From positions 1-43,158 of the forward strand of contig JACZQV010000003.1 of the NCBI GenBank assembly GCA_022545545.1: a DNA stretch of 43,158 bases, read 5' to 3'. The DNA comes from Pseudomonadota bacterium (GTDB lineage Bacteria; Pseudomonadota; Alphaproteobacteria; SMXQ01). Shown piece after piece: positions 37,367-43,158 of this stretch (positions are counted from its first letter, which is position 1; the number at the start of each line of letters is the position of its first letter). Below the pieces are notes generated by a model. The model saw nothing but the letters and a program-made list of their open reading frames with translations. It ran no database searches and was not told the origin of the DNA. Both the position numbers and the translations under genes were made by a program.

Positions 37367-37936
37367 TTGTTGGAAATTCCCCTGCACATCAGTTTCCGCG
37401 GCATGGCGCCGCCCCAAAACATCAAGGAGCGTATCGAGGAAAGGGTCGGCAGGCTGGAGAGGTTCTTCGACCGAATCACGTCTTGCCGCGTCGTCGTCTC
37501 CGCCCCCCACCGCCATCACCACAAGGGAAAACTTTATCACGTGGCGATTTCGCTCGGCGTGCCCGGCGGCGAATTGGTGGTCAACCGCGACCCCGCCGGC
37601 AAACACGCCCATGAGGACGTCTACGTCGCCCTTCGCGACGCCTTCAACGCCCTCCAGCGTCAGCTCCGGGACCATGTGCGCCGCAAGCGCGGCGACACCA
37701 AGACCCACGAGGCGCCGCCCCACGGACGAATCGCCAGGTTGTTCGACGGCTACGGCTTCATCGAGACTCCCGACGGGCGGGAAATCTATTTCCACAGGAA
37801 CAGCGTCACCAACGAATCTTTCGACCGTCTCGCTGCCGGCGCCGAGGTGCGTTTCGTGGCGATGGACGGGGAGAGCGAGAAGGGCCCCCAGGCGAGCACG
37901 GTGTCTCCCCTGGGTAAGCGGCATATCGTGGAGTAG
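37367..37936 (+). CDS. Fusion protein: HPF/RaiA (ribosomal S30AE) family domain + C-terminal cold-shock domain
   Basis: Residues 1-115 read LEIPLHISFRGM...[19 protein letters not shown]...YHVAISLGVPGGELVV...EDVYVALRDAFNALQRQL, which is HPF/YfiA-like. Residues about 120-185 read GRIARLFDGYGFIETPDGREIYFHRNSV...GAEVRFV...EKGPQASTV. That segment is CSD-like, with RNP1-like GYGFI and RNP2-like IYFH. TTG start preceded by GGAGAG. Confidence 0.75.
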   Translation: MLEIPLHISFRGMAPPQNIKERIEERVGRLERFFDRITSCRVVVSAPHRHHHKGKLYHVAISLGVPGGELVVNRDPAGKHAHEDVYVALRDAFNALQRQLRDHVRRKRGDTKTHEAPPHGRIARLFDGYGFIETPDGREIYFHRNSVTNESFDRLAAGAEVRFVAMDGESEKGPQASTVSPLGKRHIVE

Positions 37937-38626
37937 ATGCACGAGACCCCGGGAATGAACACTTCGGAGCGCCAGGACCGGCGGGTTCGCCTGCTGCGCG
38001 AGATCGAGGCCGAGATCCGCGAGACCGGCGCCTACACCGGAAGGATGGCCCTGGCAAGGGAGGTGATCGACGCCATGGCCAAGGTAGAGCGCGAGGAATT
38101 CGTATCACCTTACCAAGCGCCTCTCGCCTATGAGAACCGGCCCCTTCCCATCGGCCATGGCCAGACCATTTCCCAGCCCTATGTCGTCGCCCTGATGACC
38201 GACCTATTGGAACTGGCGCCGGAACATAGGGTGCTCGAGGTCGGCACCGGGTCGGGCTACCAGACGGCGATCCTGGCGATGCTGGCGCGTCAGGTTCACA
38301 CCATCGAAAGGGTGGATGCGCTTGCCGATCAGGCGCGCTTTAGGCTGAAGCGTCTCGGCTATGACACGGTCGAGGTCCATAACGGCGACGGCTATGAAGG
38401 GCTCGTGGACCACGCCCCGTTCGACGCCATCATCGTTACCGCCGCGGCCAAGGAAATCCCGCCGCCTCTGATCGAACAACTGAAGCCGGGCGGACGCATG
38501 GTGATACCCGTCGGCGGGCGCTTCAGCGTGCAAAACCTGGTCTTGGTGGAAAAGGACGAGACCGGCGAGATAAAGACGACATCGGTGCTGCCGGTGGCGT
38601 TCGTGCCCCTGAAGCACCGGCGCTGA
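37937..38626 (+). CDS. pcm: Protein-L-isoaspartate O-methyltransferase
   Basis: Contains ...PIGHGQTISQPYVVALMTDLL...VLEVGTGSGYQTAILA (SAM motif I)...GGRMVIPVG.... The ATG follows the TAG of the preceding gene with no spacer. Confidence 0.9.
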   Translation: MHETPGMNTSERQDRRVRLLREIEAEIRETGAYTGRMALAREVIDAMAKVEREEFVSPYQAPLAYENRPLPIGHGQTISQPYVVALMTDLLELAPEHRVLEVGTGSGYQTAILAMLARQVHTIERVDALADQARFRLKRLGYDTVEVHNGDGYEGLVDHAPFDAIIVTAAAKEIPPPLIEQLKPGGRMVIPVGGRFSVQNLVLVEKDETGEIKTTSVLPVAFVPLKHRR

Positions 38627-38717
38627 CACCCCGCCGGCCACCGGCGCCGGGGGTCGAAAGCGGCCTCTATTGGGGCCGGGGCTTGCAATTGGGCGGCGAA
38701 AGCCCGATCCTTTGGCC

Positions 38718-41300
38718 ATGGGCGTAATTTCCACCGGCCGGCGCCAGGGTTCGCGCCTGGTCGCCGTTCTGGGGCCGACCAATACCGGCAAGACCTACCT
38801 CGCCATCGAGCGGATGCTCGGTTTCAGGACCGGCATGATCGGATTCCCGCTGAGGTTGCTGGCGCGGGAAAACTACGATCGGGTGCGGAGTATCAAGGGC
38901 GAAGGCGCGGTGGCGCTGGTGACCGGCGAGGAAAAGATCGTCCCGCCCAAGCCGGCCTATTTCGTTTGCACCGTCGAATCCATGCCGCTGGACCGGGAGG
39001 TGGCGTTTCTCGCCGTCGATGAGATCCAGCTTTGCGCCGACCGCGAGCGGGGCCATGTATTCACCGACCGGCTGCTCAGGGCGCGCGGCGCCGATGAGAC
39101 CATGTTCCTCGGCTCCGATACGGCCAGGCGTCTTATCCGCCGGCTGGTACCCGGCGTCGAGTTCATAACCCGGCCGCGCTTTTCCGGCCTCGCCTACACC
39201 GGTCAGAAGAAGATCACGCGGCTGCCGCCGCGCAGCGCCGCCGTCGCCTTTTCCGCCGCCGATGTCTACGCCATCGCCGAACTGGTGCGCCGCCAGCGCG
39301 GCGGCGCGGCGGTGGTGCTGGGCGCGCTCTCGCCGCGCGCCCGCAACGCCCAGGTGGCGCTGTATGAGGCCGGCGAGGTCGACTACATGGTCGCCACCGA
39401 CGCCATCGGCATGGGGCTCAACATGGATATCTGCCATGTCGCCTTCGCCGCCCTTCGCAAGTTCGACGGCCGTGGCCCGAGGCCGCTCTCGGCGCCGGAG
39501 TTGGCGCAGATCGCCGGCCGCGCGGGCCGCTACATGAATGACGGCACCTTTGGCACCACCGCCGGCGTCGGTCCCCTCGACGCCGGAATCGTCGATTCGA
39601 TCGAAAATCACCGCTTCCCGCCGCTTAGGAAGATCTACTGGCGTAACTCGGAGCTTGCGTTCAACACCACGGGCACCCTGATCAAGCGCCTGGAAATGCC
39701 GCCGCCGATGCCGGAGTTGTTGCGCAAACGCGATGCCGACGACCATCTGGCGCTGCTGACGCTCGCGCGGGACCCGGAGATCGCGAGCCTCGCCGGCACC
39801 AGCCAGGCGGTGAAGCTGTTGTGGGAGGTCTGTCAGATTCCCGATTTCCGCAAGGAGCTGAGCGAATCCCATGCCCGCCTCCTGGCGCGAATCTACAAGA
39901 TGCTCATGGGCAAGGACGGCCTGTTGCCCGAGGACTGGATCGGTCCCCAGATCGCGCGGCTGGATCGCTGTGACGGCGACATCGACACCCTGGTCTCCCG
40001 CATCGATTACATCCGAACCTGGACCTTCATTTCCCACCGCGACGATTGGCTGGGCGACGCCGGCCACTGGCAGGAGCGTACGCGCGCCATCGAGGACAAG
40101 CTGTCCGATGCCCTGCACGAGCGCTTGACCCAGCGCTTCGTCGACCGGCGCACCGCCATTCTCGTCAAGCGTCTGAAGGACAAGGAGGAGCTCTTCGCCG
40201 CCGTCAGGCGCACGGGCGAGGTGCTGATGGAAGGCCATTTCGTCGGGCGGCTCGAGGGCTTCCGGTTCGTCGCCGATGACACCGAGGCCGATGCCGGCGG
40301 CCGGGTGATCCTCAATGCCGCCAACCGCGCGCTCAGGGGCGAGATCGCGGTGCGTCTCCAGGATCTCAGGAACGACGACGATTCCGCGTTCACGCTGAAA
40401 GCCGATGGCCGGCTGGCGTGGCGGTCAGTCGCCATCGCGAGACTCGTCCGGGGCAAGGAAATGCTGGTGCCCAAGGTCAGCGTGCCCGCCAACGAGCTGT
40501 TGACGGGCGAGCAGACGGCGGCGATCGTTCGCCGGCTGGAGGCCTGGCTGGAGGGCGAGATCGAGCGTTGCCTTCCCGATCTCTTCCGCGCCCGCGAGGC
40601 CCTGGCTTCGGAGGAGCTTTCGGGTCCGGTCCGCGGTCTCCTCTACCAACTCGTCGAGGCGTTGGGCGCGCTGCCCCGCCGGCAGGCGGCGGCGCAGATC
40701 GCGGCGCTGGACCCGGCGGACCGCAAGACCCTGGCGCGCTACGGCGCGCGGCTCGGGGTGGAAACGGTTTTCATTCCGGCCTTGCTCGAGCCACCGGCGG
40801 TGAGGATGCGGGCGCTGTTGTGGGCGGTCCAGGCCAATGGGGCGCTCGGCTCAGGCGATGGGGCGCGATGGCCCGAACCGCCGGCCGGCCGGCTGTCGGC
40901 GCCGCGCGATGAGACGGTGCCGGACGGTTTCTATCAGGCCGTCGGCTATCTGCCTCTGGGGACCCGCGTGCTGCGCGCCGACCGGGTGGAGGTTTTGGCG
41001 GCGGAGGCCCGCAAGCTAGCCCGCCAGGGGCCGTTTGTCCCGACCCGGTCTCTGGCCAGGCGCGCCGGTTTGGAGCTCGCCGATCTTCCCGGCGTGCTGA
41101 CCGGCCTCGGCTTTCAGGCCAGCGAAGACGCCGGGGGATTGAGTTTCGCACCGAGGCGGCGGGCGCCGGGAAAGCGTTGGCGCAAGCCAAGGGCCGGAAC
41201 GCGTCAGGGCCGTGGCGGCAAGGCCCGTAGCGGCAAGGCCCGGGGCGCCGGCGCCGATTCGCCCTTCGCCAAGCTCGGCGAACTCGACCTGACGTCCTGA
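38718..41300 (+). CDS. SUV3-like superfamily-2 ATP-dependent RNA helicase with a basic C-terminal tail
   Basis: Walker A is LGPTNTGKTYLAIE and the DExH-like box is LAVDEIQLC. It also has VATDAIGMGLN and motif VI QIAGRAGR. The long C-terminal extension ends in a Lys/Arg/Gly-rich tail. I chose the ATG at 38718; the track ORF starts at 38670. Confidence 0.8.
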   Translation: MGVISTGRRQGSRLVAVLGPTNTGKTYLAIERMLGFRTGMIGFPLRLLARENYDRVRSIKGEGAVALVTGEEKIVPPKPAYFVCTVESMPLDREVAFLAVDEIQLCADRERGHVFTDRLLRARGADETMFLGSDTARRLIRRLVPGVEFITRPRFSGLAYTGQKKITRLPPRSAAVAFSAADVYAIAELVRRQRGGAAVVLGALSPRARNAQVALYEAGEVDYMVATDAIGMGLNMDICHVAFAALRKFDGRGPRPLSAPELAQIAGRAGRYMNDGTFGTTAGVGPLDAGIVDSIENHRFPPLRKIYWRNSELAFNTTGTLIKRLEMPPPMPELLRKRDADDHLALLTLARDPEIASLAGTSQAVKLLWEVCQIPDFRKELSESHARLLARIYKMLMGKDGLLPEDWIGPQIARLDRCDGDIDTLVSRIDYIRTWTFISHRDDWLGDAGHWQERTRAIEDKLSDALHERLTQRFVDRRTAILVKRLKDKEELFAAVRRTGEVLMEGHFVGRLEGFRFVADDTEADAGGRVILNAANRALRGEIAVRLQDLRNDDDSAFTLKADGRLAWRSVAIARLVRGKEMLVPKVSVPANELLTGEQTAAIVRRLEAWLEGEIERCLPDLFRAREALASEELSGPVRGLLYQLVEALGALPRRQAAAQIAALDPADRKTLARYGARLGVETVFIPALLEPPAVRMRALLWAVQANGALGSGDGARWPEPPAGRLSAPRDETVPDGFYQAVGYLPLGTRVLRADRVEVLAAEARKLARQGPFVPTRSLARRAGLELADLPGVLTGLGFQASEDAGGLSFAPRRRAPGKRWRKPRAGTRQGRGGKARSGKARGAGADSPFAKLGELDLTS

Positions 41301-41304
41301 TTCC

Positions 41305-41703
41305 ATGAAGGAAGAAAGCTTGCGGATCGACAAGTGGCTCTGGCATGCGCGTTTCGCCAAGAGCCGGTCCCTCGCCGCCCGGCTCTGTACGTCGGGAGGG
41401 ATGCGCGTCAGCGGCACGCCTGTCCGCAAGGCCCATCATGCGCTCAAGGCCGGCGATGTGCTGACCTTTCCCCTCGGCCCCCATATACGGGTGATCAAGG
41501 TGCTGGCGCTGGGACAACGGCGCGGCCCGGCGAGCGAGGCGCGCACCCTTTACGAAGATCTTTCCCCGCCGCCCGGGCGGGGCGCCAGCGCCGGCGCCGG
41601 CGCCGGGCACCCGCGCGTCGCCATCGCCTTGCGCGAACGCGGGCAGGGCCGTCCCACCAAGGCGGACCGGCGGGCGGTCATGCGCCTCCGCCGCGAGGAC
41701 TAG
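41305..41703 (+). CDS. hslR: S4-domain RNA-binding protein, Hsp15/HslR-like
   Basis: Begins LRIDKWLWHARFAKSRSLAARLCTSGGMRVSGTPVRKAHHALKAGDVLTF (S4 motif). It has a basic C-terminal tail and starts 4 nt after the helicase stop. Confidence 0.7.
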   Translation: MKEESLRIDKWLWHARFAKSRSLAARLCTSGGMRVSGTPVRKAHHALKAGDVLTFPLGPHIRVIKVLALGQRRGPASEARTLYEDLSPPPGRGASAGAGAGHPRVAIALRERGQGRPTKADRRAVMRLRRED

Positions 41704-41893
41704 CGCCTGTCGCGGATCCACCGGCATCACCGGCCGCCGCCGGACGCATTTCGTGCCCTTTCGCGTGGTCGCCAGGCGTTGGAAATGGTGCCCGCCGGCG
41801 CGCCGGAGTTTGGCCGCGGGGCTGGAATCGAAGGCCGAAATCCCTCTATTTTCCAAGGGTTGAAGTGGCGTACACGGTGTGATAGGCAGTGCC

Positions 41894-42376
41894 ATGATCA
41901 ACCGCATCAAGTCGTTCTTTCGCGACCCCAAGGGCGCCGGCGCCGGTTCATCGGCGGGGGTTACGGGCCGGGGGAAGATCGATGAGTTGCATCTGGCGGC
42001 GGCGGCGCTGCTGGTCGAGGCGGCATGTCATGATATGCACTTCGACGAGTCCGAGCGCACGAAGATCGAATCGCTGGTCCAAGCGCGGTTCGGGCTCGGC
42101 GCCGAAGAGGCGGCAACGCTGATCGAGGCGGCCGAACGCGAGGTCGACGGCGCCGTGCAGCTGCTGCGCTTCACCCGCGCCATCAAGGACCGCTTCAGCC
42201 ATGAGGAGCGGGTGGAGATGATCGAAATGCTGTGGGAAGTCGTTTACGCGGACGGCGTGCTCCACGATTATGAGGCGAATCTCATGCGTCGTATCGGCGG
42301 GCTGGTATATGTGACGGACCAAGAAAGAGGCGCGGCGCGCAAGCGGGTGCTGGCGCGCTTGAAAACGGCCGGCTGA
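41894..42376 (+). CDS. TerB-family (tellurite-resistance TerB-like / DjlA N-terminal-like) protein
   Basis: MINRIKSFF...LAAAALLVEAACHDMHFDESERTKIESLV...RVEMIEMLWEVVYADGVLHDYEANLMRRIGGLVYV shows the duplicated helical pattern of TerB-like domains. I chose the ATG at 41894. Confidence 0.65.
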   Translation: MINRIKSFFRDPKGAGAGSSAGVTGRGKIDELHLAAAALLVEAACHDMHFDESERTKIESLVQARFGLGAEEAATLIEAAEREVDGAVQLLRFTRAIKDRFSHEERVEMIEMLWEVVYADGVLHDYEANLMRRIGGLVYVTDQERGAARKRVLARLKTAG

Positions 42377-42411
42377 ACGGCCAGTTGGTAAGTTGAAAGG
42401 ACCCGGAAATC

Positions 42412-42759
42412 ATGACCTACGTAGTGATCGAAGCCTGCATCAAGTGCAAGTTGATGGACTGTGTCGAAGTTTGTCCCGTGGACTGCTTCTACGAGGGTGA
42501 GAACATGCTCGTCATCAGTCCCGAGGAATGCATCGACTGCGGGGTCTGTGAGCCGGAGTGTCCGGTCGAGGCCATCCTGCCCGACACCGAGGGTGATCTC
42601 GATAAGTGGGTCGAGATAAACGGTCAATATTCGGAACTGTGGCCCAATATCACCAAGAAGGGCGAACCGCCCGCCGATGCCGACGATTGGCGTGACGTGC
42701 CCGACAAATTCGAGAAGCATTTCAGCCCCAAACCACCGGAACATCCGACCGATTCCTAG
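42412..42759 (+). CDS. fdxA: 7Fe ferredoxin ([3Fe-4S][4Fe-4S], Azotobacter FdI type)
   Basis: Begins [29 protein letters not shown], followed by ...[16 protein letters not shown] with the typical Cys spacing. The C-terminal extension is typical of FdxA. Confidence 0.9.
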   Translation: MTYVVIEACIKCKLMDCVEVCPVDCFYEGENMLVISPEECIDCGVCEPECPVEAILPDTEGDLDKWVEINGQYSELWPNITKKGEPPADADDWRDVPDKFEKHFSPKPPEHPTDS

Positions 42760-43158
42760 GGCCCGTTCCACCAAGACCGCCAGATGAACCCGCCTTCGGG
42801 GCGGACGCCGTTGACCTGAGCGCTGTGTTTTCGCGGCGCTGTTGGAGAGTCCATCTGGCCGGATAGTGCGCTCATCGGATAATGCTCTCATGCGGTCCCA
42901 TGCCGCCCAAAACACCTCCTGAGGCGTTAGAGCACGATCCGGCCGGATGGAATCGTTCGACCGGGATTATTTTGCGCCGTGGCCCAGTACTTACTTTCAT
43001 AGGGGGTGCCACATCTGACGGCCTTGCGGGCTCTTCGGCCAGGAGCGTGGTCCGCCGTGATGCCGGTCCATCACAAGGCCGCGCGACGAGAGCGTAAGAG
43101 CCTGCAAGGCCACCCAGAGGGTCGTTTTTCGCGGCCACCGGAGGGCGTATGCGCCGCT

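Noticed and set aside
38667-41931. Minus-strand ORFs of 523 aa and 386 aa opposite the helicase and S4 genes.
   Set aside because: They are antisense shadows with low-complexity Arg/Gly/Pro/Ala composition.
43149-43158. A possible gene start, with GGAGGG followed by 4 nt and then ATG CGC CGC, at the right edge of the window.
   Set aside because: Only three codons are visible, so the gene cannot be identified or confirmed.

Overview
This is a GC-rich chromosomal segment (about two-thirds G+C by eye, not computed). Its gene content and synteny match alphaproteobacterial core genome (Rhodospirillales/Rhizobiales-like). I found no rRNA or tRNA genes, CRISPR arrays, transposases, integrases or obvious defence islands.

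Gene order, left to right:
- pckA (partial, minus) and the cbtA-cbtB cobalt transporter (minus).
- The conserved chvI-chvG-hprK-EIIA(Man)-HPr regulatory cluster (plus), then ahcY.
- A DivL-like kinase with Tyr in place of the H-box His.
- tsaE, an amgK-like kinase, a murU-like nucleotidyltransferase, addB, addA and trxA (plus).
- The trpB-trpA-accD-folC operon (minus).
- A complete contiguous ccmABCDEFGHI cytochrome c maturation operon (minus).
- A mitochondrial-type aconitase (minus) and an orphan LMW-type arsC (minus).
- A DUF1223 protein, a truncated receiver-domain ORF, and an HPF/RaiA + cold-shock-domain fusion gene abutting pcm.
- A SUV3-like helicase, an Hsp15-like S4 protein, a TerB-like protein and the 7Fe ferredoxin fdxA (plus).

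Most other long ORFs in the track are off-frame or antisense shadows typical of high-GC DNA.

I did not find a clear novel multi-gene system. The items most worth follow-up are:
- An 18-bp tandem array splitting ccmC from ccmD. On the mRNA strand it reads as repeated SD + 5-codon mini-ORFs.
- The HPF-CSD fusion coupled to pcm.
- A highly structured ~450-nt spacer between aconitase and ccmA, ending in a strong intrinsic terminator (candidate sRNA).
- A dispersed 35-bp palindromic element whose core 10-mer recurs in three intergenic regions.
- A receiver-domain remnant.
- Several atypical active-site or architecture variants (DivL Tyr, TrxA CAPC, mitochondrial-type Acn).

All identifications rest on reading the translations and DNA by eye. 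No searches were run.
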